DNA of 64,000 bases from the human T2T-CHM13v2.0 reference genome, Homo sapiens. A program made the translations under genes and the position numbers. The first letter of the stretch is position 1, and every line of letters begins with the position of its first letter. The DNA lies in the NCBI GenBank assembly GCA_009914755.4, contig CP068257.2, positions 28,544,001 through 28,608,000 of the forward strand, written 5' to 3'. Positions 32,489 to 48,563 of the stretch are shown here, one piece after another. Under the pieces are notes generated by a model. It was not told the DNA's origin. It saw nothing but the letters and a program-made list of their open reading frames with translations, and did not search any database.

Positions 32489-32959
32489 TAATGTCAATGA
32501 GATAATATAAGATATGTGTGTGTATTTATATATGCATGTTACTTCATTGAGACTCTGTGTTCTTATAATTTAATATCTAATTCACAGAATTTTTAAAGGA
32601 TCAATGAGGTAAAGAAAGAAAAACACCAAAAACATGGGTGGGCATGCAGTTCAGCTACATTCCTCGCTCTTGTCTCTTCTTGTTAGTTGTAAATGCCTTG
32701 AAAGCAAAAACTGTCTTGTCCATCCTGGATTCTCTAGCACTTACAGTACTGTAGCTTAATAACTGTTTCACGATGCATGAGACTGCCATTTTGGATACAG
32801 AATTAGCAGAAGGGGGGTCATGGTGAGAGCAACAAGTGGTACAGTATGAAAAAGAAGAAAATATTATTATTCTATTTGGTTTGAAAAGTAGCTAGAATAG
32901 GCAAGATTGATATCTAATTCATTATTTGCCCAGTATTGTGCTAAGGACTTGATGTATAT

Positions 32960-33150
32960 CAACTCAGTGAATCTTGACAGCAACCCTAGAACTCAGGCAC
33001 AATTTTGACTCCCATTTTACAGATGAGGACCACGAGACATTAGGAGGTTAAGTAATTTGCCTAAGACCACACAGGAATAAGTGACACAGCTGGGATTTGA
33101 ACACAGCTGCCTTCCTTCATTCCTGGGCTCCAAATCTCTACAACATACTA
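32960..33150 (+). mobile_element. MIR SINE
   Basis: acagcaaccctagaactcaggcacaattttgactcccattttacagatgaggaccacgagacattaggaggttaagtaatttgcctaagaccacacaggaataagtgacacagctgggatttgaacacag matches the MIR core. Confidence 0.65.
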
Positions 33151-34972
33151 TTTCTGGATGAAATGGTATTATGCTTATCCAAGACATAAATGTTTTGGCA
33201 AGGTTAAAACATTTTGGAAAATGTAATGGGTACTTAACTAATGTTCCTATATGAGAGGAAACAATTATCAAAAGCTAATAGCTTAAGGAATCATCACATT
33301 TTTTATTTTTTATTTTTTAAATGGAATCTTCTACACACTAAGGCATACTGTTATTTTTGAGCAGTCAACGAGATAAGTATTTAGAAGCCCTCTAGAACAC
33401 AACATTTTCAAAACATCTGGAAATTTTGTGTGCTGTAAATAACATTAGTGATTAAAGTTTGGACCAATGGATTAGAAAAATAAATGGAAAATATTTTAAA
33501 TGCATATCCTAAAACAGTTATCTAAATCTTACTACGAAAAAAAGATATAAGCATACTAATGTTTTTGCTTTCTGTATTAATGGTAAAATTATGAAATTAC
33601 CTCTTTTCCTTAATTCAGTTGAAGATCCATTTCCCAGGGCTATATAATTAATCATAAAATAACCTGTTGGTAAGATTCACAATGAATACCTGATGTGGAA
33701 AAATTATTATTTTAATATTTTATTCTCTATTTTTGCTTATTTTATTGATGTGCATATTTTACACACAACTCCAAGGAATTTTAAGGAGGAATATTATACA
33801 AAGAGAAGTGATCCACTATTTCTTCACTCTAGCATTGGGCTAGTTACTTTATATACTTCTTTCCTGCAGTAATCCTACCTTCATTATATGAATGAGAAGA
33901 GATTGAGTCTGAGGGGCTAATGAACTTTTCTAAATTCGCTGCTTGGGGGTGTGTATGGAATGATTCTCTCATTTGACTCTTTCAAAAGTTGGTCCTCTTT
34001 TTACTATATATATTGCCTTTCATTGTTGCAACACATTTAATGTTCCAAATTCACTAACACAATGAATATTATACCCTATTATAATCCCATCGGACCTTAT
34101 GGCCTATTATTCTATCTGACAATTGGAAAATAATAGATAATTACAGTGAGATACATTGGATTCTAAAATTTGCTTCAAGTCATAAAACCAACTAGCTACA
34201 ATGTGAATACTTAACATCACTTCCTGTGCCTCCCCTGTCCTTTCCATCACATGATTTTTTTCCATGCAAATACATTATAAAACTTTCTATTGCATGCAAT
34301 TTGCCACCAATTGAATCATTTTGTAGTTGTCAATGTATCTCTTTCAGAATATTAAAGAGGCCTGTGCCATGTTAATTACGCTAATTTGGGGACATTAACT
34401 TTATAATTGTTATTATACTGGTTATACACTGATGTTAAACTGTCTGATAAAATTTACCTTGAAAATTGTAAGATAATTTTTCCTTCCCGTCAGTTAGCGT
34501 ATGCGAAGGCATTTGGACTTTCCTTATAGGCAATGGGATGTCCTTACCGAGCTTATGGGCAGGCCGTGATGGGACTTGACTTGCGTTTTAGAAACAACTA
34601 AGATAAAAGTATAGATGACAGCTGTTGGGAAAAGACTCTGCAGACAATGACACAAGTCTAGAAGTCTTTTCCAATTATGTAGATAAGAGATGAGCAGATA
34701 GTAAAGGTGGAAAGTTGTAGAAAGATTTCAGATACTCGAAGTGATGCCATAATAAAAACTAGATGTGTTATTCTGTTTTAGAGAAAAGAGGAGAGAAATA
34801 ATAAATTGAGTTTGGGACATTTAAAGGGCTTTCTAGGTAAAAGAAAAAATAGTTGATTAGAGACTGGTATTTAGAAGATGGGGCCTATGGATTTCTTCTC
34901 CAAGGTGCTCAGTTATTTTTGCTGTATTTTTCCTTTTACGAATGTTTTGACCTGAAAAAGCAAAATTGCCTA

Positions 34973-35200
<228 letters not shown>

Positions 35201-35879
35201 AACTAAAAGTTTTCCCAACTCATGGTAGTTAAGTGTGTCATTTTAACATATAAAAATTCGTGTTTAAACTAGACATTGCTGAAAAAATAATTCACTTTCC
35301 TTGAGAGAAAGAGTGTTGAGCTATGAGTCCAGGCAGCCTTTTTATAAATCTCCTGATTCTATTGAGTAATCAATGAATTGTTCTGAGATAGCCTCATCTT
35401 TGAATTGAACTAATAACATTATCAGTCTCATAAAAGATTTAATAACAATTCATATAAGCAGTAGAGGTCCTAGCATGTAATACATGCCCCCAGAACATTA
35501 GACAATATTATTTATTATTTCTCAGAAGTAGAAATATATATTTAGCTACAGAAAATTTTTCAAACCTGGCTGTTATATACATAATATTTATAACATATAG
35601 ATTTGCTTGAATTTATAGTACTATCTTAAATTATAAATATATTATCTGCATTGAATATTGGTATAGGGATCCAATGATTATAAGGTATATTGTTGTTAAA
35701 TAACATAAATAACATAGAGTACTTTATATTTTCAAAAATTAATGCACTGTTTGTCTTTACAAGGCAAATCTTGACATTCTTTCTCAATTTGGAGAATAAA
35801 AAATTATCAGGCTTTTCAACATTCTTCTACAAGTTAATAAAACAGAAACAAAAGGAGACTTGTGAAAGAATGTCAAATA

Positions 35880-37114
35880 ATTAGAAAAATGTACAATTTA
35901 TTAATATAAATGTATAAAGCAAATAGAACACATTCATTTAAGCTAGACAGACGTCGACACAAACTTTCAAATTGGATTGTCAGTTTCATCAAATTTGGAA
36001 TAAACAGAAAAATACAGTATTTACAGATTTTAGTAAAACTAAACAGAAATGGTACAAGAAGGAAATTTATTTTTCACAGAACAAAAATGACAATTTTGAC
36101 TCAGGTACCCACATAGGAGCAGGTGAAGTTCTCAAAGGACAACTTTTTTTGTTGTTGTTTTTTTGGTAAGCAAATGAAAACCAAGACATATTTTTCTGCT
36201 CTTTTATTTATATTGATGAAACCTCAAAGTCTGTACTCAAATACTTATTAAAATATATCCATACATATATGATTTCTTGTCAAAATGCATCATTCTTCTT
36301 CAAATACAAAAACAAAAATATTTTCACTTTCCTAAAACCATCACTTTTTCTTAGATCACACTTTTATCTTTCTTCTGAGTATAGCCCTGGAAAAGCAGTT
36401 TGAATGCAAAGCCCCTTGACAAAATATCTGCTTTTTAAAAATGTTAATTTAATACACAAGAAAAAAAAAGCCTCTGGGAGAAGAGGATAAAGAAGTTAGG
36501 ATTTCTAACTCCTAGGCTAAAAAACAGCATATCAGAAAGCCATTCAATTTCCTTTACAATGCTGATTAAAGCCTTCATTTTAATCTTCATTATAAATGGA
36601 GGACATTAATCCCTAAGCTGTTTTTAAACAATTAATAGTAACCTTCTTCAACCCTATCCATGATTTCCCTGAAAAGCAATAGTTGAGTTCTATTTATTCA
36701 GTGTAATGGACTGGCATTTCATTTTAAATAAAACCATATAAGCATGTCTCTATGTGAGATATAAATGTTACACTCATCTATGTACATAATGCTATGTCGT
36801 GGAGAAATTACAGTAGTAAAATAATGCAGTCTTTAGCAATGTCATTTTGAAGTAAATGATAAAAAGAGTAGATGCTTGAACCACCTTAGAAAACAAATTA
36901 CTATACTTTCTAGAACAATCAAAGCATTGGGTTTAATATCTCATTCTGCTGAAATAGCTTATAGAATCATAAATAGCTGATGCACAGTTCCTGTAATTAA
37001 GATTAGGCAGTTAAGAACAGTAAATCAAAGTTTCTTTGGGGTCCATTTTGAGAAAGTAATATAGATTTTTGTCATTTGCATGGCTTTATAGTAAAGTTAA
37101 AAAAACATACACAA
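35880..37114 (-). other. CLDN8: Probable CLDN8 3'UTR, extent uncertain (single-exon transcript)
   Basis: This is AT-rich sequence downstream of the TAG stop on the minus strand. It carries several minus-strand AATAAA signals, seen as plus-strand TTTATT at about 36693, 36204, 36067 and 35895. I recall the CLDN8 mRNA as roughly 2 kb and intronless, which would put the poly(A) site near 35.9-36.2 kb. This is inference and has not been verified. Confidence 0.3.
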
Positions 37115-38060
<946 letters not shown>

Positions 38061-39486
38061 CCAGGTGTGTCTAAACCAACACTTGGGTACTTGGAACAGC
38101 TAGACCTGCACATAAACATTCTTTATACTTCTCGGTCTTCCAAGAAGACAGCAGTATGTTTACCTGTAGGCATAGTTATAAGTGGTTGCATAAGCATCAA
38201 GAAATGAGCCGATCCCTTGTAATGTGAAAGGTGCACCTTGTACAGGCAATTCTGAAACTCTTAATAAGAGCTGCTGGGACCAAGGGATAAAATAAATTAT
38301 CTGCCGAAGAATTCTGCAACGCTGTTGAAATGCCAAAGTGAAACGAGAGTAGGGGATTGAAAGATTGCTTTTACCTGGGAAGCCACATTCTTTGGGACAC
38401 ATGTGATCCAAGTGATTGATTTAATTTTTCTACAACTTCAAAGCAAGCTCTACTGTGGTGAAATCAGGGAACAGATCATGCCAGAGGACAAAATAAGCTA
38501 AAGTAATTAAATACACAAGGCTGTCCTTCTCCTTGGCACTGAAAACATATTGGAGTTCTTTAAGCCAGAAAAAATACTCATTGACACTTTTCTGATAATC
38601 TTCACTTATAAAAACATTTTTTGCCAAAATAAAAATCACCAGATGATTATCTTATGTATCCAGCACTATAGCATTAAAATAAGCTTATGAGCTTATTTTG
38701 TGGTGTTATTCTTGCTGCTTTGAATTCCTGGGCTGAAGGAACTAGAATTCTGAAGATGACACAAGACCCTTGGGCCTATACAAATGGCTGATATTTCAAA
38801 ATAAGATATTTACAAGACAAGGGAACTATATTTACCAAACTGTATTATATTAGGTATTAACCAAATATGTTTTCCTACCTTTTAATATTATGTCTGCAGT
38901 AGGACATAGAAACCCCTAAACGCAAGACAATTTGAACTTTCTTCTCAAAATAATGATGCTCTAACAGTAGTGCTATACTAAGCATAAATGTTTATCTGAG
39001 AAAATTCGACTAGCAATTTTCTTCTGGAGATCACCTTAAGCTCTCTGTCTGATCTTTCCAAAGTTTAAGCTGCCACTTCATTTTCTTTTCTTCTTAACAT
39101 CATAAAAAATGATTTTCTCTTTACAGTTTTACTTTCTCTCTGTTTCATTGGACTACCTTAAATCCAAATATGGGAGAAAATCGTTTCTGCTCACTGATTA
39201 AACTTTGAGAGTTTCATGGTTCAAAAAATCTGAGTCATTTGTGGATATTATTAAAACAAAAACTATATGGTAGAAAGGGCAAAAGGAGGATCAAGTAGAC
39301 TGTCTTCTAAAAAAGAGGCAGGACAGACGCACAGTAGTATGAGTTGTTATAATTTTGTTAAACAGACGTTATAAACCTTATAAAAAGTTAAAACTTAATA
39401 TTTACAGAAATATTCTCATTTGTTGACCTGTGAGGTGCCAAACTTCAGGGTGTCCCTTAGGCTGATGCAGAAAATATGCAGCATTT

Positions 39487-39853
<367 letters not shown>

Positions 39854-41525
39854 TTAGATTAATCTTGGGAAAATAAGATTTTAAAAGTTGAGATTTTAAA
39901 CTTTCAAAGTTTAAGAAGTGAGCAGAAAACATTTTCTCCCATATTTGGATTTAAGGTAGCCCGATGAAGCAGAGAGAAAGTAAAATTTCAAAGAAAGGAT
40001 CATTTTTATGATGTGAAGAAGAAAAGAAAATGAAGTAAAGCTTAAAGATTTTCCTTTTGTGCAATCCACAAAAGGAAAAATGACATATAAACAGAAGATA
40101 TTTTTCATCTTTAATTGTCAAACTGGGAAAAAGGAGTGATTGACAGAACTGAAAAATGAAAAAGAAATAATATAACTGGTTGAGATAATGACTACGTGAA
40201 GCTACATTTTAAGGGATGTCAAGGCATATATTGCTTCATTGAAATTTCTTTTCGAATTCCCGTGTGGCATGTTTCTTAGGAGCTCTGTTTAAATATTGCT
40301 GACTATCCACATCAACACAGGAACGCATGAGACAGAAGCAGAAAGCTCTGCCTCTGAGTGCCTCAGCCGTTGTGGGAGCTGCTTCCCAGGTACGCATTCA
40401 TATTTCTTGGCTTTGTGTATTACCAAACCTCTCTTCCCTTGAGGCTTGAATTTTACCAGGAACTTATTTTACATAAAAATATTTTCCTTATTTCAAAAAT
40501 ATTAGGTACTTTACTATTGAAATTGTTCTAGCCAAAAGATGAGGATCTGAGTGGGAAATTAACACTAGGTTCACATTAGAATTATTGTACAGTTAATTCC
40601 CTACTAGGAAGTGGCCCAGGGTTTCCAAATAGGTTCCTTATCAGACAATGATACAGTTAACTCCATAGTATTTATAAATAACCATGTCCTAAAAGACACT
40701 GGAATAAAAAGACAGAAAAAAATGGTAATATTGAGTTTGCTAAAGACAAAAGGGGCCTAAATTCAAAGATAAAAGGAAACTGTTATCTACTTTTCTGTCC
40801 TGCTGAATTGATTAACTTGGCTACAAAATTCAGATAGCAGTAATAGAGATATAACAGATTGATAACATTTTTACTCTAATTTAGAACTACAGAGCAAAAT
40901 ACATCGATTATTCAATAGTTTGTACTTCCATTTCCATGAAGAACCACAGTACTACCAAGAACCCAGGAGAGAAATGAGAGCTCATGTCAACCCCCTCTCC
41001 ACCCTCCCTCGGGCTTTTCTGTCTGTCAACATCATCATAAGGCATGATTTAAGTTTAGCAATTAAATTTGCTAAACTGCATTCAGCCCTGATAATAGCAT
41101 AACACAGGCAAATGCTTTTTCTTCCTAAATGATAACATACAAATCACTATCAGATTGTCTTATGCCCATTAATCCTTAACCTAATTCAACTCCACAGTCT
41201 TGGATTTCTATTAATTCTTATCACTGTTTGAAATAATTTTTGCTTCTGCCTATCAAGCAAAGGTCAATTTCTTTTGTTTTCTGGATTTGCTTTGTAGTTT
41301 TCTGTTGTGATGACAGTTTTTCAAGGGTGTTTATTTTTAACTATGTTCCACTGTTAATTAACCATACTTGGCCAACCATCTTGTCCTGAGAGAATAAGTG
41401 AACATATCAATAGGTCTCTGTGTTGTTCCGAAAATACTGTTGTGCATTGCTGTATGTTCTCTTGAACCATCATCTTGTTTGTTTTTCATGATGGCCAGCT
41501 ATGCTTCCAGTTCTCTATCCATTAG

Positions 41526-41864
<339 letters not shown>

Positions 41865-41954
41865 GCTCTTTTCACCACCTCTGTGTGATCTATTTTCAGT
41901 TGCTCTGCTTAAAAATGAACTCCTTACTGCATAGAAATTGCCTAGTATCTTAGC

Positions 41955-42320
41955 CAATTCAAGCTGCTTTAACAAAATACCACAGACCAAGTGGCTTGAA
42001 CAATGGAAATTTATTTCTCATTCTTCTGAAGTCCCAGATCAGGGTGCCAGTGTCACTGGGTTCCGGTGAGGACCCACTTCTCAGTTTATAGAAAGCTGTC
42101 TTTATGAGATGACTTCACATAGCAGGGAGAAAGTGTGAGCTCCAGTCTCATTCTCTTCTTATAAAGACACTAATACCGTCATGAAGATTTCACTTTCATG
42201 ACCTCCTCTACAACTCTCAAAGTTTCACTCTCAAAGACCTCACTTCCAAATCCCATCACATTGGGGGTTAACATTTCAACATATGAATTTAGTGGGTACA
42301 CAAATATCCGGTCTGTAACA
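41955..42320 (-). mobile_element. MaLR LTR (MLT1-like), opposite orientation to the 8030 copy
   Basis: aacaaaataccacagaccaagtggcttgaacaatggaaatttatttctcattcttctgaagtcc...cttataaagacactaataccgtcatgaagatttcactttcatgacc...atcccatcacattgggggttaacatttcaacatatgaatttagtgggtacacaaatatccggtc matches the reverse complement of the MaLR LTR consensus. Confidence 0.55.
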
Positions 42321-44605
42321 TCTAGCTACTAACAAATTCAAGCAATAAAATTTGCATAATTCTGAAGGGTCTACTGGTGCTTAAGAACTTCACCCATATT
42401 ATATCACCCATATCAATATTTCATTTTTCCAAGATGAAAAAAGAATGGTGAACATGAATTAAAAAATCAATAATAGAAATAGTGTCATGGACATGTTTTT
42501 ACCTTTCTTTCGCTTTTCATTGCATTAAAAAAATTAAAACCTAAGTATAGGATGAATTCTGATATATTTTGAAAGACAGGTCTGTGTATTTCATGTGATA
42601 TATTTGATGTCTCTACTAAAGTACTGGAAATCCAGGGAGATAACTGAAAAAAGCAAAACTGTATACTGTGGAAATTTTCCTATAAATTAATGAGTAATTT
42701 ATATATGGAGAATTGATGATGTGAAATACCCTAATTCTAATGATTTCAGGAAAAATTTTAAAAAAGAAAGAATTTGCTGGTAATAGCAGCTACTGAGTAT
42801 TAAATGTTCTCTATACAATACATTCTTTTTATCACTCTACTTTATACTTAAAACATTTTTAGAAAGCAGGGGTCATTACTCTCCTTTTATAATTGAATAA
42901 ATTAAAACTCAAGAGAGACTGCCTTTTTTAAGGCCACACAGACTTTGCTGGTTGAATCTACAGAAATGGAATTCAGAAGCAGACCTAAAGCCCACATTCT
43001 TTTCTGTATTGCCTACCATCTCCTTAAAGAGAACTAGGGAAACAGAATTTCTTACATTGGCATATATGGTCAGAGTTAATTAAGATATAAAATATGTTCA
43101 AAACATTTTTCGTCCTTGCTTAGCACATTGTTGTAAAAATTTTGCATGGCCAACCTTCGCAATTTTTAAAACATACCTGCTTCACTGAAATTTGAAATCT
43201 ACCTCTTTAGATACTCTATTCAAAGGAGTTTCTACTGGGGAAATATTGGCAATTTCAATAAAATTATTCCTTGTTTAGAATTTGAGAGAGTTCCCTGTGC
43301 TGAAGGTACCAGTGGCACCCCTTTTTCCTTCACTTCCCATGCTTGTCCCCATCTTCGTGATTCCTTAATTACAGACTAGGTCGTGATACTGAATGACCTA
43401 ACCACCACTGAACAAGTATTTGGCTAAAGTAAGCATTAAACTATTTCAATGCAATGAAAGTGAACAGTTACATGTGTCTGTGCCCTCAGCTAATTATAAT
43501 ACAGAGAAACTTTCCTTTGTATTTTATAGGGACTTCTTAGTGACCAACAGAGGAATGATTCTATGGTTACCTTCATTAGTCCATTAAAATTGCTTTTTCA
43601 GGTGACTCACTAACAACTTTTCTTTTTACCTTTTCCAAACGCTAAAATTAAAAAAAAAAAAACATTTTTAAGTTGTATAAAACTGTTTTCCACATGGTTA
43701 TTTTTGGAATTGCTTGAAAAACAAATTTTTTAAAAAAATCCCTTAATCTCCCATAATAATCCTTTCTACTGAAATGTAAAGCATATGAAGCATTGAATGA
43801 GGAGAACAAACGGTCCATGACAAAAGTTTCTGGCCAGGCAGAGACTGTAATTAGTACTAAAAATGATAACATCAGATAATGAACAGGACCAAAACAGAGC
43901 ACTTTTCATAATTTTATTTTGAATCCACAGCAATTCACAAGTTTAAGTCATGTTAATTATAAAAAGGAAGAGAAGAGAAAAGGCACATAGGATAATAGAT
44001 AATATATTTAATATGACTATGCTTAAAATAATATATTTTAATAAATATTACTTAATCCTAGTCATAAGAACTACTTAATAATTACTAAGTTATATGAACA
44101 ATTAAGATTAAGTGATATCATATTAGTTAACCATATGATTTCAGCCTCCCAACGCCCTTATTAGAAAAGCCCTTTATTATGTCAGTTTTACTAGGAAACT
44201 GGAATTTACAAAGTTTAAATAACTGACCCAAATCCTCACAACAAACTGGTAAAAAAAGCCAATATGGGAACTCTATTCTGTCAAACACCTGAGGCTACAC
44301 TCTTGACCCACTATGTGCTACAAGTCATTATAGACCTACCTGTAAACCTAATTGAAAGCTTGTGTCAATGTGTAGTTTTATCTCTTATAAAGCATATAAG
44401 TTTTGGTAGATCAGAAGGAGTTCTCTGAAACAATGTCCTTCACATTGTGAATTTTCAATAGGATTTTGAGCATTATAAGGAGAAATGAAGTGTTTCCATT
44501 TTCTGCAGCAACATGCATTGTTTAATATGAGAAATCATAAGATATGAGGGAAATCATAAGATATAAGGGAAAAGTCCACACAAATGGAAAACACATACAA
44601 GGGTG

Positions 44606-44634
44606 CACACACACACACATACACACACACACAA
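44606..44634. repeat. (CA)n microsatellite, short
   Basis: cacacacacacatacacacacacaca. Confidence 0.85.
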
Positions 44635-47600
44635 AATGTCCTTATAAGCAAACAATGAATATAGGAGCACAAGAAACAATTTCCCTTGTAAAGTTGAAGT
44701 TAACAGGACAGGGAACAGGACAGGGAAAAGTAATTAACTGGGCAAATAGAGCTAAGCCACATTACTGATTAATTTGCAAAACAATTAACTTTCCACTTAA
44801 AATTCAAATTAAGATTCTGTCTGCCTTAGGCAACCAGTGTTTGCAAATTTTAATAGGGCTAGACATTAAGTGCCTTACTTAAAACCAACTTTACATGGCA
44901 CTGGGTGAGAATATTATTGGAACAAGCAGCTCATGGCATTCTTGGGTTTCAGTTATTTTTTTAAGAGAAAATATTACAATCTATAATAATATGCTGGATG
45001 CACTAAAATTTTTTCAATGAGAATATGAGTAAAACTAAAAGTTATTCAACTCCTCATCTCAAATATTTATAGAGATTTTGTACTTTCTGTAAAATTTTCA
45101 AGACGATGTCTCATAAAACATCTTCTGAACACTTATTTTCCAACCGTTCAACAAGTATACTATGTACCAGGCCCTGTGATAGACTCTGGAAACCAAGAAA
45201 TATGAGGCATAGTTTCTTTTCTTTGTAATTTTACATCCACAAAACTGAGGGGCTAGTGGAAGAAAGAACTGCTGAGTCAATTAACTCTGTCATTGGTTAA
45301 ACTTGTTAACCAACTATTCTTTTCAACTTGAAAAAGCATACAAGTAGCCACACAGACAGGTGAGAACAGCCACCCTTCACTCCATTGAAAAAAAAGCAGC
45401 TTCCAGGGTTTTGATGTTTTCTAAACAAGATCAAACAATCAATGAAAAGCAATGCCAGGAGTCTATAAACATTCAGCAGAGGTAAGCTGGCTGTCTCACA
45501 TTTTCACACACCTTTCTGGTTCATGCAGCTCCTATTTCTTGTTCTTATCTTTCTTTTTCTCTGACCTACGTTCCAGATATCTTTAGAGTTGCTGCTATGG
45601 GGAGCTGTATGTGATTATCTGACTGGCTTCTGGGCATCTTTTTCATAGTTTTAACTGGACTTTTGATGTCTCACACTGGACAACAACATTCTATTTCATT
45701 CTTATGTCACCAAACTGGTTGGTCCCAGCCCACATGGCCTCCTTCCTGGTCACGAGCTTGGAACAGGGAAACACAAGTTACTTTTGTACATGGCAACAGG
45801 AGAGAATATTAGACTCAAAACAGATCTAAAAGAACATCTGATGTGCACTTCATTCTGTACATGAGGGGCTCAAAAGCTCCAGGAAGTCAGGAACCACCTC
45901 TGTTCTATTCATCTTCGTGTCAAAGTAAAGTACTTGTGTAGTGCCTGGCACATAGAGAGCACTCAGTATTTATCTAATACCACGCAAATCACGCTGAAAT
46001 CTCTGTGCCCAGTTCTTGATATTTGCTTGGTAACTCGGAAACTATGACACCGTAGACAAGTAAACTGCCTATTGCTTATTTATGTATTTGTCTTTTTAAA
46101 AATCTCCTAAAATAGAATATAAATATCATGAGCCACATGATTTTGTCTTGCTCATAAATGTATTTCCAACTACTAAAACATCACCTGGTTCATAGTAAGA
46201 GCTCAGGAAATATTCCATAAATAAAAGAAGAATGTTAGTTAAGAAAAATAACCTATGTACCCAGTATTGTAAAAAAAAAAAAAAAAACTCTCCTATATAT
46301 AAGTTATATAATATTTTCAGTTTATTTTTTCAGGTCGATGCTTAAGCAGAGAAGAGCCTAAAATAAAACTCACCTTTGGCTGTATCAGCCCATCACTATG
46401 CCTCTGAATATGCCTTCTTAAGAGGTAAACTTATGTCCCAGTGGGTTCATGAATTTTACTTCAGCTTTCTTTAAGTTTCCTAAGTATGCCCTGTGAACTG
46501 ACCTTCATTTTCTCATTTATTCTATCTCATTTCTCTCTTCTCAGTATGCAAATCCCATTTTTCCAATGCTTGCTATTATTAATCCAATATCCTTCCAATT
46601 ACCATGGCAAATATTGATGGACTAAGAGCCTAGGCTACCATTTTTGTTTAATATATAATTTTACTATACCAAGGAATCATTAATTATAATTATTTTTCTC
46701 TAAGTATATTAACACAAATACAGACAAATACAATATAGAATAATACATAACTAATAAAAATTAATACACATATACTTTTAAATTTTAGAAAGAACTTACA
46801 TGTATATTTTATGCAAATAACTTATATGTATGTTTTATGCACTTTCTCATTGAAGTAAGATTTATTTTGCTGTTACTTTTTAGGAGATGTTTGATATCCT
46901 AGGGAATTTTAGTGTTTTTTTGACCATCGCTAAATTGGAATTCTTATTAGTTAATGATGTTGCTAGGAATGGAATTTCATTTGGAAGAAGCATTAAGCTA
47001 CTTAAATAGCAATCTCAACTGTATCAGCCTACCTTTCTCAATTTGCCTTGTGATTTAATGTAAACTCGGAAAAGGGAGAGAACTTCGACTACAAGTAAGT
47101 GAATGGTAAGTTCATCAGCTAGCCATTATTGGTGGCTTCTTTGGCTTCCAAAGAAGAAGTTAACTTAAGTATAAACCTTGAATCTGTGACTTAATGTGGA
47201 AATAATTAGAAATTTGCATGGATTACCATTGTTCCTGTGTTTCCCTTACTTTTCAATCAAATATTGTTTCAAATTTCATGCTAGCTTGAATAACTATTTT
47301 TATAATAAGCAAAACAGAAAAAGCTAACTTAAATATATGTTTATTATATCAAATTTTTGATAATAGCTATCCCCTGGATAGTAACCCAGATGTGTCTATG
47401 TGTTTGTGAAAAGAAGCCTATGGGGTATGATGTCATGAAAAATCGCTTTCAGATTTTGCTGCGTATTCTGCTATGTTGGTAGAATTCAGTACATGAGACT
47501 ATGTTCACATAGTACAAAAATAAATAACATATAGTACAATTTTGCATATAACATCTATCTAAATTCAAATATAGTTCTTATCATTCACACTTGAGATCCA

Positions 47601-48237
47601 GATTCCATTTAAATAATATTTATTAATCTTCTATCACATGCAGGAAATGTTACATATATTACTGTAACTAAATTAGGTTACTCTTCAACTTGGCAATGAA
47701 AAATCCCCTTTGGCATAGACTTTGCTATTAAAAAAGAAGTTGGTGCAAGTTTTACAAAAGAAGGGAAATTTTTCCTGGGGCCATTCATAGTTGACACTCA
47801 GAAATTATAGTGGAGGAACACCTAGAATAGAACAGATTAGAAGAACAAGCAGCTGCATTTCCATACCTCCAAGCTCTATTCTCACAGTCTGTAATCTAAC
47901 TACATTGAACTTCACTCATCTACATGTTTGTTATTTCTACAGCCACACTTTACCATCTTGACTCTAGGGTTGAAATCCCAACTACTATGAGCCTTTTCTT
48001 TCAGACACTGGTCATTTTAGAAAATGTAAAATCAATTAACCAAGTTCAATTCTGAAAATCTCTCGAGTGCATTTTCCATGTAGAGAGAGAGTTCTCTGGC
48101 ATAAATAGGTTCAGTAATTAACAGCTTGACTCAAATGTCATTTTGAAGGATTCATTAATTCACCTCTTCTTTAATTCATCATATGTTGATTACTTAGTAA
48201 CTACAGGGCAGGCTCTGTTCAAAGTACTGGAGACCAG

Positions 48238-48357
48238 GGCCGGGCGCTGGCTCACACCTGTAGTCCCAGCACTTTAGGAGGCCGAGGTGGGCGGATCACT
48301 GAGGTCAGGAGTTCAAGTTGAGACCAGCCTGGCCAACATGGTGAAACACTGTCTCTA

Positions 48358-48400
<43 letters not shown>

Positions 48401-48563
48401 AGCCGGGTGTGGAGGTGTGTGCCTGTAGTCCCAGCTACTCAGGATGCTGAGGCAGAAGAATCTCTTGAACCTGGGAGATGGAGGTTGCAGTGAGTCCAGA
48501 TTGCACTACTGCACTCCAGCCTGGGCGACAGAGTGAGACTCCATCTCAAAAAATAAAAAAAAT
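48238..48563 (+). mobile_element. Alu SINE with a 35-nt poly-A middle linker and flanking target-site duplication
   Basis: It starts ggccgggcgctggctcacacctgtagtcccagc and ends ...gagtgagactccatctcaaaaaataaaaaaaa. A TSD of about 14 bp, gtactggagacca, is present immediately 5' (aaagtactggagaccaggg) and 3' (aaaatgtactggagaccaaacc). Confidence 0.92.

Noticed and set aside
45080-45300. Possible MIR or L2-like fragment around catcttctgaacacttattttccaaccgttcaacaagtatactatgtaccaggccctg
   Set aside because: It resembles the generic SINE-like phrase tgtgccaggcactg, but the similarity is too weak to call by eye.
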